Positions 1-17,707 of a stretch of DNA of 64,000 nt are shown here, piece by piece (positions within the stretch are counted from its first letter, which is position 1; every line of letters starts with the position of its first letter). The translations under genes and the position numbers were made by a program. The notes below the pieces were generated by a model. The model was not told the origin of the DNA. It searched no databases and worked only from the letters and a program-made list of their open reading frames with translations. The DNA comes from a phage: assembly GCA_024683775.1 (NCBI GenBank), contig GCA_024683775.1_4106.1; one strand, given 5' to 3'.

Positions 1-98
1 AACCTAAAACTAACTGGAGTTTAGTAGAAGAAAAAATTCAAGGTACTAAATCAACAAAAGTATACAGTGTTAAATGTAATCATAGTTCTCAAGTTATC

Positions 99-389
99 AT
101 GAATAATATTATGATGTATGAAGCTGCACTAACACTAGTAAACCTTCTCAACGAAGGAAGAATGTTGACAGATGCAAAAGTTCTTGGTATCATCAGTTCC
201 GGTTTACAATACACCAATGTAATTACCGAAGCATTGAAGGCTGCACAGAAACGTCAACGTGTTCTGAATGAGTCGAAGTACGATGAAGCAAAAGATTTAG
301 ATATCATCATCGCTGAAAAGAAAGCTGAAGCATACAAACTCAAAGAGCGTGTACTGAACTTTCTAAAGAGTGAAGGTTATATAAAGTAA
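99..389 (+). CDS. hypothetical protein (may be 5'-truncated)
   Basis: ORF in track; the same frame is open back to position 3, so the gene may start upstream of the window. Confidence 0.45.
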   Translation: MNNIMMYEAALTLVNLLNEGRMLTDAKVLGIISSGLQYTNVITEALKAAQKRQRVLNESKYDEAKDLDIIIAEKKAEAYKLKERVLNFLKSEGYIK

Positions 390-422
390 ATAAATTTAGT
401 GATATTTTATAAGGAAATTCAA

Positions 423-1055
423 ATGTCTAACTACAAAAAACTAATGGAATCTGCTTCACGTGTTGAAGCAATGAAGTTCATCAAATTGAACGAATCTAAT
501 ATTGAGAAAGCTGAAATCGTTCTCTCTGTTAAAGGTGAAATCGTTGACAAACTACAACGTCAGTCTGAAGTAATCAATAACATGGGCGTTGACGTTCTAG
601 GTCCACTACTTGACCGTATCAAAGCGGAACAAGGTCTTGATGCTGCACAGAACTTTAGTGATAGCGTTCGCCACCTACTTCAACATGCAGTTACTACTCT
701 AATGGATGTTAAAGACAAAATCAGTACTGAAACTTTAAAACTAACTGGTGATATCACTGATGGTCCAGCAGTTTCTGATATTGGTAGTGAAGATGTTGAT
801 ATCGACATTGCTGCTGACACCCCAACGTTCGACATGGGTACTGATGCTGATTTCGAAGAAGATATTATTTCTGAGCCAGTACCAACTGAGCGTGAAATGA
901 AAGAATCTGTAAAACCAACTCAAATTGGTATTAAGATGGAAAGTGTTCGCGGTACTGTAGGTACTAAATTCTTCAAAAACAAAGAAGAAATGAAAACTTG
1001 GCTATCTGAGAACGAGAAGAAAGTTAAACGTGTACTAGGATACGTTAAAAAATAA
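423..1055 (+). CDS. hypothetical protein with acidic central region
   Basis: Track ORF 399..1055; start moved to in-frame ATG at 423, 8 nt after AAGGA. Confidence 0.55.
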   Translation: MSNYKKLMESASRVEAMKFIKLNESNIEKAEIVLSVKGEIVDKLQRQSEVINNMGVDVLGPLLDRIKAEQGLDAAQNFSDSVRHLLQHAVTTLMDVKDKISTETLKLTGDITDGPAVSDIGSEDVDIDIAADTPTFDMGTDADFEEDIISEPVPTEREMKESVKPTQIGIKMESVRGTVGTKFFKNKEEMKTWLSENEKKVKRVLGYVKK

Positions 1056-1071
1056 TTAAGGATGAATCTAA

Positions 1072-1401
1072 ATGAGATTTCAAGATCTTACAGAAGAGGC
1101 TCCTGGTAAAGACATACGCAATATGATTACTACTATTGCGTTGTCTTTAGTATCATCGGGTCGCGAAGAAGTGAACCTACAATCTTTAATCGCTGAAATC
1201 AAAAAGCGAACCAACATTGATGTTCCTTATAATGTTATGATGGATATTCTAAACTCTTTGCCATTTGTGCAAGATGCGAATTCGGATGTTGTAACATTTA
1301 CTGGTAATGATTCAGAAAGTACTGGTGAAGTTGAACAGAACTCTGAAGACCAAGTTGAAGATTGGGCAACAAAAGCTGCTGTTGCAGCAAATAAGCAATA
1401 A
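1072..1401 (+). CDS. hypothetical protein, acidic C-terminus
   Basis: ORF; RBS-like AAGGATGAATCTAA upstream. Confidence 0.5.
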   Translation: MRFQDLTEEAPGKDIRNMITTIALSLVSSGREEVNLQSLIAEIKKRTNIDVPYNVMMDILNSLPFVQDANSDVVTFTGNDSESTGEVEQNSEDQVEDWATKAAVAANKQ

Positions 1402-1405
1402 AAAC

Positions 1406-1434
1406 TGAGACAAACAAAAATACGATGCTATAAT
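1406..1434 (+). promoter_or_regulatory. sigma70-like early promoter (TGAGAC-17-TATAAT)
   Basis: -35-like TGAGAC at 1406, TATAAT at 1429 with TGc extension; shares TGAGACAAACAAA with the promoter at 18536. Confidence 0.5.
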
Positions 1435-1447
1435 TAGGAGTACACGG

Positions 1448-2167
1448 ATGTACACACCACCAATTGTTAGCAGATATACATACGTTGATTACAAAAGAAT
1501 TGAAGGCGGCCCCGAAGGTCGCCTTTATTCAACTCCAACAGGGAATCTGCCGTCAGTGACAACAATTCTTAGTGCCACCTCTGACAATGAGGGGTTGAAA
1601 AAATGGAGAGAATTTGTTGGTGAAGAGAAAGCTAATGAGATTACATTAGAAGCATGTACTGTTGGTACTTTTATGCACGAGAACTTAGAATATCGTCTGG
1701 ATGGAAAGCCAGACCACCAAGGTGGTATGCCGATACGAGTTCTGGCCCGTAGAATGGCTGACAAAATTCAAGAAGAAGCATGGCCTAGAATCAATGAAGT
1801 GTGGGGTCAGGAAGTTCCATTATTCTATGAAGGATTATGGGCTGGAACAACTGACTTAGTTGGAGTTCATGATGGTATTCCTTCTATCATGGACTATAAG
1901 AATTCCCGTAAATTAAAGACATGGGAACATATCGAAAATTACCGTATGCAAATCGCTGCATATGCACTATCGCATAATCAAATGTTTGGAACAAATATTG
2001 AGCGTGGTGTAATTTTCATCTGTGTAAGAAAAGATCCTAACAATTTACAATATCAAGAATTCGTTATTGAAGGACAAGACTTCAAGGATGCGGTTGATAT
2101 GTGGATTGGTAGAGTTGAACAATACTATATTTTACGTGGAGAAATTGAATCAAATGGAACAGCATAA
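1448..2167 (+). CDS. putative PD-(D/E)XK-type nuclease-like protein
   Basis: ORF; by-eye nuclease-like motifs (TTDLVGV ... IMDYKNSRK); tentative. Confidence 0.45.
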   Translation: MYTPPIVSRYTYVDYKRIEGGPEGRLYSTPTGNLPSVTTILSATSDNEGLKKWREFVGEEKANEITLEACTVGTFMHENLEYRLDGKPDHQGGMPIRVLARRMADKIQEEAWPRINEVWGQEVPLFYEGLWAGTTDLVGVHDGIPSIMDYKNSRKLKTWEHIENYRMQIAAYALSHNQMFGTNIERGVIFICVRKDPNNLQYQEFVIEGQDFKDAVDMWIGRVEQYYILRGEIESNGTA

Positions 2168-2711
2168 ACAAATGAAACAAGACCTATATACAATTCGTGC
2201 ACTAGAAAGTAAAGGCTACTCCTTAGATGAAGTAATCAAACTAAGTGATGAAGAAATTGACAAACTACAACTTTCAAATAAACTTCTAGTTAATATTAAA
2301 GATTATAAATCTCGCGGTGCAAAACCAGTAGAAGTAATCAAAGAGAAAATTGCTGAAGATATTAGTGTTGATGAAGTATCTCGTAATGTTGCACCAGAAG
2401 TAATCGAATCATATGTAGTAGATACTGAAGAACAAATTAAAGTATCTGAAGAAGTACAAGTAATCGCTGAAGAACTAGCACCTGTTGTTGAAGAAGAAGA
2501 CGTTGTTGTTATTGAACGTGTTGAAGCTTCAAAAGAAGATTTGGATATTATCAAAGAAGCACTAAAAACCAAAGAACTAAAAAGTGTTGCAAACTATGTA
2601 AAACACTTGAAATCCCTAGTTCCTGAATCAATTCTTTCTTCCGTTGATAGCTCTGTTGTATCTCAACTAATCAATGAGCGTATTGCTGAAGTTAAAGAAA
2701 ACGCTAAATAA
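2154..2711 (+). CDS. hypothetical protein, acidic
   Basis: Track ORF 2067..2711 overlaps the upstream gene; in-frame ATG at 2154 (or 2173) is a more plausible start. Confidence 0.45.
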   Translation: MEQHKQMKQDLYTIRALESKGYSLDEVIKLSDEEIDKLQLSNKLLVNIKDYKSRGAKPVEVIKEKIAEDISVDEVSRNVAPEVIESYVVDTEEQIKVSEEVQVIAEELAPVVEEEDVVVIERVEASKEDLDIIKEALKTKELKSVANYVKHLKSLVPESILSSVDSSVVSQLINERIAEVKENAK

Positions 2712-2739
2712 TCCTATAATACTATAGGAGATAGTTTTT

Positions 2740-3321
2740 ATGGCACAACAACAAATTGCGTTACAGCAAGTAAGAACTGGTAAGCAACGTGACTTACCAG
2801 ACGCGTTGGAAAAAGGCCAGATAGGATTCAGTACTGATGTGGGTCGTGTATTCATCGGCCTACCTTCCTCATCAGACCCAGCAAGCTTAGTTGCTGGGCG
2901 TACATGGGAAACTGATCCAAACTCTGGTAAAGAGAACGTGGAAATAATTACCGAATTCTCACCGTGGAGAACGGTATCCAAAATCATCAACCGTCCATTT
3001 GAAGTAGACATTCCACAAAACCAAGAGAGTGTTGAAGTTATTATTGAAAGTGAAAGTCGTGTATTCATCGACTACATCGCGTATAATAGCAATGAGACTA
3101 TTTTAGAATCAGGCACAGTGCAAATTGTTGCTGCTGGTTCTTCAACTATGATTGCACAGTCAAATAACACAAGCCGTACTGATGCAATTTTATCTATTCT
3201 GTTTAGTAATCCAGTTTATGATTCAAGTACTGGAAATATGCAATTTGACATAGTTAATGCGGATTATTTAAATTCAGGATACCACATAGAATTTGTATAT
3301 CGTGGGTGGGACAAACCTTAA
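2740..3321 (+). CDS. hypothetical protein
   Basis: ORF preceded by TAGGAGATAG; followed by a terminator. Confidence 0.5.
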   Translation: MAQQQIALQQVRTGKQRDLPDALEKGQIGFSTDVGRVFIGLPSSSDPASLVAGRTWETDPNSGKENVEIITEFSPWRTVSKIINRPFEVDIPQNQESVEVIIESESRVFIDYIAYNSNETILESGTVQIVAAGSSTMIAQSNNTSRTDAILSILFSNPVYDSSTGNMQFDIVNADYLNSGYHIEFVYRGWDKP

Positions 3322-3340
3322 AAGGCGTCCCGCCTTTTTC
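3321..3340 (+). terminator. intrinsic terminator
   Basis: AAGGCG-TCC-CGCCTT hairpin followed by TTTTT. Confidence 0.6.
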
Positions 3341-3387
3341 TTCCACAAAATTTAAGAACTGTATAAACAATATAACAAGGATGACAC

Positions 3388-5706
3388 ATGATTAACGTAA
3401 CCAAGCGTAATGGAAAAAAAGAACCGTTATCTTTGGATAAGATCCATCAAATTTTATTTTTTGCTGCCGAAGGGCTGAGTGGTGTATCTGTTTCCGAAAT
3501 TGAAATTCGTGCACAACTTCAATTCTTTGAAGGTATTGAAACAAATACTATTCATGATATTCTGATTAAATCAGCAGCAGAACTTATTTCTGAAGATACA
3601 CCAAACTACCAATACGTTGCTGGTCGCTTACTAAATTATAGTATCCGTAAGCAAGTGTATGGTGACTATGACCCTATCAAGTACACTGCACATCTACAAG
3701 AAATGGTAGATACAAAAATCTATGATCCAGAAATTCTTGAGAAATACACACTTCAAGAAATTGAAGAGCTTGGACGTTACATCAAACATAAACGTGATGA
3801 TAAATTCACTTATGTTGCTATGCGTCAGTGGGAAGGAAAGTATCTATATAAGAATCGCGTAACTAAGAAAATCTACGAAACTCCACAAATGGCATATATG
3901 ACCATTGCAGCAATCATCTTTATGGAGTATGATCGCTCTGTACGTATGTCTTATGTTAAGAAGTTTTATGATGCTGTTAGTAACTTTGATATCAGTCTCC
4001 CGACTCCTATCATGGCTGGTCTACGTACCAATACACGTCAGTTTAGTTCTTGTGTAGTACTAAACGTTGGGGATAGTCTAGATAGTATTGGTTCTTCTAA
4101 CCACGCTATCCTACGTTATATTTCCCGTAAAGCTGGACTTGGTATCAATATGGGCCGCATTCGTGCTCTGGACTCCGAGATTCGTTCAGGTGATGCAGTA
4201 CACACTGGTTTGATTCCTTTCATTGCATCAACTGCTAAGACCGTTAAAAGCTGCTCTCAAGGTGGTGTACGTGGTGGTGCAGCAACAGTCCACTTCCCAT
4301 TGTGGCATTTGGAATTTGACAATCTTGTAGTACTGAAAAATAACAAAGGTACTGAGTTCAACCGTGTTCGACAACTTGACTATTGTTTCCAAGTGAACAA
4401 AACACTATATCAACGTTTAGTTGATGGCAAGAATATTACATTCTTTAGTCCTAATGAAGTTCCTGGGCTATATGAAGCATTCTGTTCTAACCAAAAAGAA
4501 TTTGAAAAGCTGTACAAGAAGTATGAAGCTGATCCAAGCATTCGTAAAAAATCTGTATCTGCTGTTGAAGTATTCAGTACTCTAATGACTGAACGTGCAG
4601 AAACTGGTCGTATCTATATTCAAAACATTGACCATGCAAACACACACTCAACCTTTATTGAATCAATTGCACCAATTGAACAATCCAACTTGTGTCAAGA
4701 AATCGCACTACCATCTGTGCCATTTGATGATATTAATACTGGTGAAGGTTTGATTAGTCTATGTACTTTGAGTGCAATCAACTGGGGTAACTTTGATCGT
4801 CCAGAAGATATGGAAACTGCTTGTGATCTTTCTGTACGTGCTCTTGATTCTCTATTGGATTATCAAGACTACCCAGTAGTTCATGCTGACCGTGCAACTA
4901 AAATGTATCGCCCATTAGGTGTTGGTATAATTAACTTTGCATACTTCCTTGCTAAACGTGGTTTGCGTTACAATGAAGCTGCATTGGAAACAGTTAACGA
5001 GTGGGCTGAAGCATGGTCTTATTATCTAATTAAATCTTCTGTTCAGCTTGCTAAAGAGAAAGGTAAGTGTGAAGGTTTTGACACACTAAAATATGCTAAA
5101 GGTATTTTACCAATTGATACCTATAAAGAAGATATTGATGCGTTGGTATCTCCTGAACTAAAACAAGATTGGGAAACATTGCGTCAGGATATCAAACAAT
5201 ATGGTATTCGTAACGCAACAACTATGGCACTGATGCCAGCAGAAACTAGTGCACAAATCAGTAACAGTACTAATGGTATTGAGAAACCTCGTTCACTTGT
5301 AACTAAGAAACTATCTAAAGATGGTATTCTGAAACAAGTAGTTCCTGAAATCAATAAGTTGAAAAACAAATATGATTTATTGTGGGACCAGAAAGATAAC
5401 ATCGGTTATCTACAAATCTGTGGTGTTCTTCAGAAATACATTGACCAAAGTATCAGTGTGAATACCAGTTACAATCCAGCACACTTCCCTGATGGTAAGT
5501 TGCCAATGTCAACACTACTAACTGAATTAATGTATGCATACAAAGTTGGTTTGAAAAATCTGTACTATCATAATACTAATGATGGTTCTGATGAAGTTGA
5601 TGTTGAGAAAGTACTAAAAGAAGCTGCAAAACCAGAATCAGGACAGTTTGTGTTGCCTACACTACCTGACTTAGATGAAGGTGATTGTGATAGTTGTAAG
5701 ATCTAA
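3388..5706 (+). CDS. nrdA: ribonucleoside-diphosphate reductase alpha subunit (class Ia)
   Basis: 772 aa; N-terminal ATP-cone (VTKRNGKKEPLSLDKI), overall architecture and C-terminal CxxC tail typical of NrdA. Confidence 0.95.
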   Translation: MINVTKRNGKKEPLSLDKIHQILFFAAEGLSGVSVSEIEIRAQLQFFEGIETNTIHDILIKSAAELISEDTPNYQYVAGRLLNYSIRKQVYGDYDPIKYTAHLQEMVDTKIYDPEILEKYTLQEIEELGRYIKHKRDDKFTYVAMRQWEGKYLYKNRVTKKIYETPQMAYMTIAAIIFMEYDRSVRMSYVKKFYDAVSNFDISLPTPIMAGLRTNTRQFSSCVVLNVGDSLDSIGSSNHAILRYISRKAGLGINMGRIRALDSEIRSGDAVHTGLIPFIASTAKTVKSCSQGGVRGGAATVHFPLWHLEFDNLVVLKNNKGTEFNRVRQLDYCFQVNKTLYQRLVDGKNITFFSPNEVPGLYEAFCSNQKEFEKLYKKYEADPSIRKKSVSAVEVFSTLMTERAETGRIYIQNIDHANTHSTFIESIAPIEQSNLCQEIALPSVPFDDINTGEGLISLCTLSAINWGNFDRPEDMETACDLSVRALDSLLDYQDYPVVHADRATKMYRPLGVGIINFAYFLAKRGLRYNEAALETVNEWAEAWSYYLIKSSVQLAKEKGKCEGFDTLKYAKGILPIDTYKEDIDALVSPELKQDWETLRQDIKQYGIRNATTMALMPAETSAQISNSTNGIEKPRSLVTKKLSKDGILKQVVPEINKLKNKYDLLWDQKDNIGYLQICGVLQKYIDQSISVNTSYNPAHFPDGKLPMSTLLTELMYAYKVGLKNLYYHNTNDGSDEVDVEKVLKEAAKPESGQFVLPTLPDLDEGDCDSCKI

Positions 5707-5711
5707 TTAAA

Positions 5712-5737
5712 GATCCCGCTTCGGCGGGATTTATTTC
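5712..5737 (+). terminator. intrinsic terminator
   Basis: ATCCCGC-TTCG-GCGGGAT hairpin followed by T-rich run. Confidence 0.7.
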
Positions 5738-5751
5738 ATAGGAGTGATATA

Positions 5752-6525
5752 ATGAAAGTTGACTATCGTAGTCCAATAGATATTGGATTCATAGAAGAAT
5801 TTTGGGATGATCTTGATATGGATATGATTGTTCGCTATCAAAAACTCCCACAAGACTTTATAAAAAAACATTTTGATAAAATGAACCCTAATATGTTAGC
5901 TCGATATCAAACAATGACAACTGATTTTCTTAAAGAAAAGTGGGAGTGGTTTGATAAAAATGTTATTGCACAATATGTAGTCATGCCAATGGAATTGATT
6001 ATGGAAAAATGGAATGACTTCAAAGATAACTTTCTGGATACTGTTGCTAAGTATCAAAAACTAACACAAGATTTTATTCAAGACAAATGGAATGACCTTG
6101 TTGAATTTAGAGATGGTGTAATGTCGGAAATTTCCAGATACCAAAAACTAACACTTGATTTCATTAAAGATAAATGGGATTATATTGATAAGAACTATAT
6201 TTCATATTATCAAACTTTAACGGTTGATTTTATCAAAGATAATATTACTGCATTAAATGTTGCAGCAGTATCCGCATTTCAAATACTATCGGATGATATA
6301 CGCTCATTGATGGGGTTAGAAGCACCAGCAAAAACTATTACGGGTAATCAAATACTCGCGTTGGACCCATGTGCCGATGGTATGGCTCGATACAATGCTC
6401 ATACACCTGACAATAATACAGTTTTGACATGGAATGAACTACTTACACTACACTTGGGTTCACAAGAAGGAATTAGTGATATCCATTGGCTATCATATAA
6501 ATTGGGTCATAAAATTAATACATAA
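5752..6525 (+). CDS. tandem-repeat protein (about 6 repeats of ~22-27 aa, core YQKLTxDFIxDKW)
   Basis: Repeats visible in translation: RYQKLPQDFIKKHF / RYQTMTTDFLKEKW / AKYQKLTQDFIQDKW / SRYQKLTLDFIKDKW / SYYQTLTVDFIKD. Confidence 0.6.
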   Translation: MKVDYRSPIDIGFIEEFWDDLDMDMIVRYQKLPQDFIKKHFDKMNPNMLARYQTMTTDFLKEKWEWFDKNVIAQYVVMPMELIMEKWNDFKDNFLDTVAKYQKLTQDFIQDKWNDLVEFRDGVMSEISRYQKLTLDFIKDKWDYIDKNYISYYQTLTVDFIKDNITALNVAAVSAFQILSDDIRSLMGLEAPAKTITGNQILALDPCADGMARYNAHTPDNNTVLTWNELLTLHLGSQEGISDIHWLSYKLGHKINT

Positions 6526-6537
6526 AGGAATATATAT

Positions 6538-7662
6538 ATGTCAGTTTTCAAAATTAATGAGAAGTCTCACCTAGAAAAGAATATGTTTTTTGATGAAAGT
6601 GTTGATATTCAACGATTTGAAAGTAACAAATACTCTACACTTGAAAAACTAACTGAACAACAGAAAAGTTTCTTCTGGACACCAGGTGAAGTTGACGTAT
6701 CTAAAGATAAAATTGATTTTGCTAACCTCAATGATTCTGAGAAGCATATCTTTACATCAAACTTAAAACGTCAAATCCTTCTTGATTCAGTTCAAGGTCG
6801 TGGTCCTAATCTAATGCTACTGCCATATGCATCTCTACCTGAACTTGAAAACTTTATTGAAACATGGGCGTTCTTTGAAGGTGCTATTCATAGTAAATCA
6901 TATACACATATTATTCGTAACATTTATCCTAATCCATCTGAAGTTTTTGATACTATGTTGGACATTCCAGAAATCACCGATTGTGCTGCTGATGTTTCAA
7001 AATACTATGATGACCTTGATGAACTAGGAACATTGTATCGTGCATTAGGTGAAGGCACTCATACTGTTAATGGTAAAACTATTGAAATTAATATGTATGA
7101 TCTAAAGAAAAAACTATGGTTATGTTTGAATAGTATTAACATTCTTGAAGGTGTTCGTTTTTATGCTAGTTTTGCTTGTTCATGGGCATTTGCAGAGAAC
7201 AACCTCATGGAAGGTAATGCAAAGATTATTCGTCTAATTTGTCGTGATGAAAACCTTCATCTCGCAGCAACACAAATGATTTTACGTCTTCTAAAGAAAG
7301 AAGATCCAGATATGGTAAAAATTGCCGAAGAGTGCTATGATGAAGTACTGGAAATGTTTATGTCTGCTATTCGCCAAGAAGAAGCATGGGCAGATTTCCT
7401 CTTTAAAGATGGTTCTATTATTGGATTGAACTCTGAAATTCTTAAACAGTATGTTCGCTGGATTGGTTCTAAGCGTATGACTGCACTTGGTATCAAATGT
7501 CCATATACTGTATCCAAGAGTAACCCACTACCGTGGACTGAACACTGGGTAAGTGGTAGTTCTGTACAGGTAGCACCACAAGAAACTGAAATCAGTTCTT
7601 ATATCATTGGTGGTATTGTGAATGATATCCAAGGAGATACATTCTCGCCATTTAAACTATAA
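6538..7662 (+). CDS. nrdB: ribonucleoside-diphosphate reductase beta subunit
   Basis: 374 aa; R2-like sequence, uninterrupted (no intron). Confidence 0.93.
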   Translation: MSVFKINEKSHLEKNMFFDESVDIQRFESNKYSTLEKLTEQQKSFFWTPGEVDVSKDKIDFANLNDSEKHIFTSNLKRQILLDSVQGRGPNLMLLPYASLPELENFIETWAFFEGAIHSKSYTHIIRNIYPNPSEVFDTMLDIPEITDCAADVSKYYDDLDELGTLYRALGEGTHTVNGKTIEINMYDLKKKLWLCLNSINILEGVRFYASFACSWAFAENNLMEGNAKIIRLICRDENLHLAATQMILRLLKKEDPDMVKIAEECYDEVLEMFMSAIRQEEAWADFLFKDGSIIGLNSEILKQYVRWIGSKRMTALGIKCPYTVSKSNPLPWTEHWVSGSSVQVAPQETEISSYIIGGIVNDIQGDTFSPFKL

Positions 7663-7674
7663 AATAAAACTAAC

Positions 7675-7699
7675 AGGGATTCTATGAATCCCTTTTCTT
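7675..7699 (+). terminator. intrinsic terminator
   Basis: GGGATTC-TAT-GAATCCC hairpin followed by TTTTCTT. Confidence 0.65.
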
Positions 7700-7875
7700 A
7701 TGGAATTTATATGAGTGATATTTTTACAATTGAGCGTAATGTTATCTATGACTTCTACCTAACTGGTGGATTTAAGGTAACTGGTGCAGTATCTGATGTT
7801 TGTCCCAATGGCCTTGTACTGGTAGATGGTACTAGAGTCGTTCAGGCACACATTGTCATGTTTGTACCAACCTAA
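7684..7875 (+). CDS. hypothetical small protein (doubtful)
   Basis: ORF start lies inside the terminator hairpin; may not be expressed. Confidence 0.25.
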   Translation: MNPFSYGIYMSDIFTIERNVIYDFYLTGGFKVTGAVSDVCPNGLVLVDGTRVVQAHIVMFVPT

Positions 7876-7882
7876 TAAAATT

Positions 7883-7911
7883 TAGGACAAACACCAGAAC
7901 TGTGCTATAAT
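7883..7911 (+). promoter_or_regulatory. sigma70-like promoter with extended -10 (TGcTATAAT)
   Basis: TATAAT at 7906 with TG extension; weak -35. Confidence 0.5.
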
Positions 7912-7913
7912 GA

Positions 7914-10774
<2,861 letters not shown>

Positions 10775-10851
10775 AATCTTATTGTTATTTTTATAAAGTA
10801 TTTACCCAAATTTACGTTTTTTTGATAGTTTATATGGAGTTAAAGTAATAA

Positions 10852-12160
<1,309 letters not shown>

Positions 12161-12182
12161 AGTGTAATAATCAGTCGAGGGA

Positions 12183-13526
12183 ATGATGAGTAAAATCAAG
12201 CTTACGGATAAGCAACAAGAAATTTTTGATAATTTTGTAGATCGTGTTTATAATTATGCAGGTAAAACTATATCTGTACTGTCAGCACCAGCGGGTACAG
12301 GTAAAACTTTCACTACTGCTGAGATTGTTAAAGCACTATGTAAAAATTACAATATTGCAGTAACATCGCCAACACACAAGGCAAACTCTGTTATTCGCAA
12401 TATGCTAATCAACAATGCTGGGTTAACTAAAGAAGATGCACAGGTTAGTACTATTCACTCATTTCTAGGTTTAAAACTAGTATATGAAAAGAATCGTCAA
12501 GTACTGAAGCATGACCCACAAAGTAAAGTTAGTAATACTAATGTTGATATTCTAATTGTCGATGAATGTAGTATGATTTCAGAAGAACTGTTTCAACACA
12601 TTCAGGATCAATTGTGGCGTGTTCGCCGAGCGGTTTTATTCATCGGTGATCGCTGTCAGTTGCCTCCAGTTGAATCAGAAGGAACAATAGGAGAAACTAA
12701 GCTTTCCCCTACTTTTGATGTTCCAGTACAATATGAATTAACAGAAGTTTTACGTCAAGCGTTGGATAACCCTATACTTGCAATTGCAACTGCAATTCGT
12801 GAGTGCATAGGTACTTCCAAGAACCCGTTTGATATTATGCACCAGACACATGGTTTGAGTACTATTACACCAATTGAAGATGAAGATCTTTTCTTGGAAG
12901 TTTACCGTGAATTTATTATGGAGAACAAAGGTTCAGCTAAGAAGATATTTGATTTTGTTAATGAAAATAAAATTTTGGCATACACTAACTACCGTGTGAA
13001 CTTGGCTAACATCTACATTCGTAGCCAATTGTTTGAAGTACCAGAGGAATTCACAAAAGGTGAACCGATTGTATTTGAAAGTATCACTGAGAACAGTCCA
13101 TATGTGGTCCAGCAAATCATCCAATGTCCTGATGTGAAAACCGAAAGTTTCATGGGGATTGACTGTTGGCAATTCCGTTTACCAAATGGTAGCTACATCT
13201 TAGGTGTAGGGCCAGAAACGAGAATTGCAATGGAAACTAAACTTGATGAACTAGTTAAAAACATTGAGAAAAAAGAAATCAACCCATTGACAAAGAAACC
13301 ATATATGTGGCAAGATTACTATGTGATTAAAAACAAATTACATATTATCAACTATCCTTATGCAACAACTGTTCACAAATCACAAGGAAGTACATTCGAT
13401 AACATCTGGTTTGATACTGATTTTATTGAGCGTATTGGCACTAATGATACAAAATGTAGAATCCTATATACTGCAATGACACGACCGCGTTATAATGTTA
13501 TGTTGCGTCAAAATGCACGATTCTAA
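12183..13526 (+). CDS. dda: Dda-like SF1 DNA helicase
   Basis: Walker A APAGTGKTF, DEcSM motif, C-terminal TVHKSQGSTF. Confidence 0.9.
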   Translation: MMSKIKLTDKQQEIFDNFVDRVYNYAGKTISVLSAPAGTGKTFTTAEIVKALCKNYNIAVTSPTHKANSVIRNMLINNAGLTKEDAQVSTIHSFLGLKLVYEKNRQVLKHDPQSKVSNTNVDILIVDECSMISEELFQHIQDQLWRVRRAVLFIGDRCQLPPVESEGTIGETKLSPTFDVPVQYELTEVLRQALDNPILAIATAIRECIGTSKNPFDIMHQTHGLSTITPIEDEDLFLEVYREFIMENKGSAKKIFDFVNENKILAYTNYRVNLANIYIRSQLFEVPEEFTKGEPIVFESITENSPYVVQQIIQCPDVKTESFMGIDCWQFRLPNGSYILGVGPETRIAMETKLDELVKNIEKKEINPLTKKPYMWQDYYVIKNKLHIINYPYATTVHKSQGSTFDNIWFDTDFIERIGTNDTKCRILYTAMTRPRYNVMLRQNARF

Positions 13527-13609
13527 TAGACTAAATGATATACACAAATAATTTTGATTCTTAACAATAAATAATCAAAAGTGTTTTGTATTATGGAGAA
13601 GAATATACA

Positions 13610-14176
13610 ATGAACAATTTACTACAAGTATTCAAAATTGAAGTTGCAGGGACAAATCTAGATAATATTCCTTATTATATGTATGAAGATTATGATTCAT
13701 CTTCCCCAACAACTGCACCAACCGACCAACAAACAATTGACAAGTCTGTAGCACTACTACGTTACCTACAGGTTACACGTCTACTATCAACATATTCTGT
13801 TCCAGTGTATTGTACTGTTGAATTTGCTACCCCAGGCACAGCAGCAACTATTCCAACTGGTGCAACCATCAATGTTGGTTATATCAGCTACGAGCCATTC
13901 CTAAGCACTCTAAGTGTTGAAGAACAAGCTGCACTAACCACTGTTGATCTTAAAACTGCTAAAGCAGCAGAAGTTATTCAAGAGTTGCTAAACGAATCCC
14001 TAAAAGGTGACGGTACTAACGCAATTGAGAATGAAGAAATTTCTGTTCAGAAAACAATCCAACGTGTTAAAGATGCACTATCTACCACCACTGTTGATTT
14101 CATTGAGTACGAGAATGTGTACCTAAACGTACCTTCTATTACTGATGCTTCTGTAGTTTCTTACGTAAAATTATAA
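13610..14176 (+). CDS. hypothetical protein
   Basis: Start moved to ATG at 13610 after GGAGAAG. Confidence 0.5.
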   Translation: MNNLLQVFKIEVAGTNLDNIPYYMYEDYDSSSPTTAPTDQQTIDKSVALLRYLQVTRLLSTYSVPVYCTVEFATPGTAATIPTGATINVGYISYEPFLSTLSVEEQAALTTVDLKTAKAAEVIQELLNESLKGDGTNAIENEEISVQKTIQRVKDALSTTTVDFIEYENVYLNVPSITDASVVSYVKL

Positions 14177-14199
14177 TTTAACCACATGGAGTTCTTGAC

Positions 14200-14394
14200 A
14201 TGACTGACAAAACCTTTTATGATCGTATTATTGAAGACAAGGGTGTTTTCGATAAAGTTGTTTATGACTTAGAACTTATGATCAAAGACGCACCAAATCC
14301 ACGCGTGCGTACTCAAGCAGAGTTTGCTAAAACTTATCTAGTGCAAGTTCAAGCAATCTGTGAAGCAATTAAAAAACATAATGATAGTGCTTGA
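14200..14394 (+). CDS. hypothetical small protein
   Basis: ORF. Confidence 0.4.
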   Translation: MTDKTFYDRIIEDKGVFDKVVYDLELMIKDAPNPRVRTQAEFAKTYLVQVQAICEAIKKHNDSA

Positions 14395-14419
14395 CAGAAC
14401 ATTAGTTCTTAACTATAAT
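14391..14419 (+). promoter_or_regulatory. sigma70-like promoter TTGACA-17-TATAAT
   Basis: Consensus -35 at 14391 and -10 at 14414. Confidence 0.65.
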
Positions 14420-14463
14420 TACTATCGAATTGAACATTAAAACCATATCGGAGCTTTTATTAC

Positions 14464-15526
<1,063 letters not shown>

Positions 15527-15543
15527 CAGTATATAACCTAAAA

Positions 15544-17706
<2,163 letters not shown>

Positions 17707-17707
<1 letters not shown>

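Noticed and set aside
6538-7662. Group I intron or intron-encoded endonuclease in nrdB (as in T4)
   Set aside because: nrdB is a single uninterrupted 374-aa ORF; no intron-sized insertion is present.
7684-7875. 63-aa ORF immediately after nrdB
   Set aside because: Its start codon is inside the nrdB terminator hairpin; retained only as a low-confidence feature.
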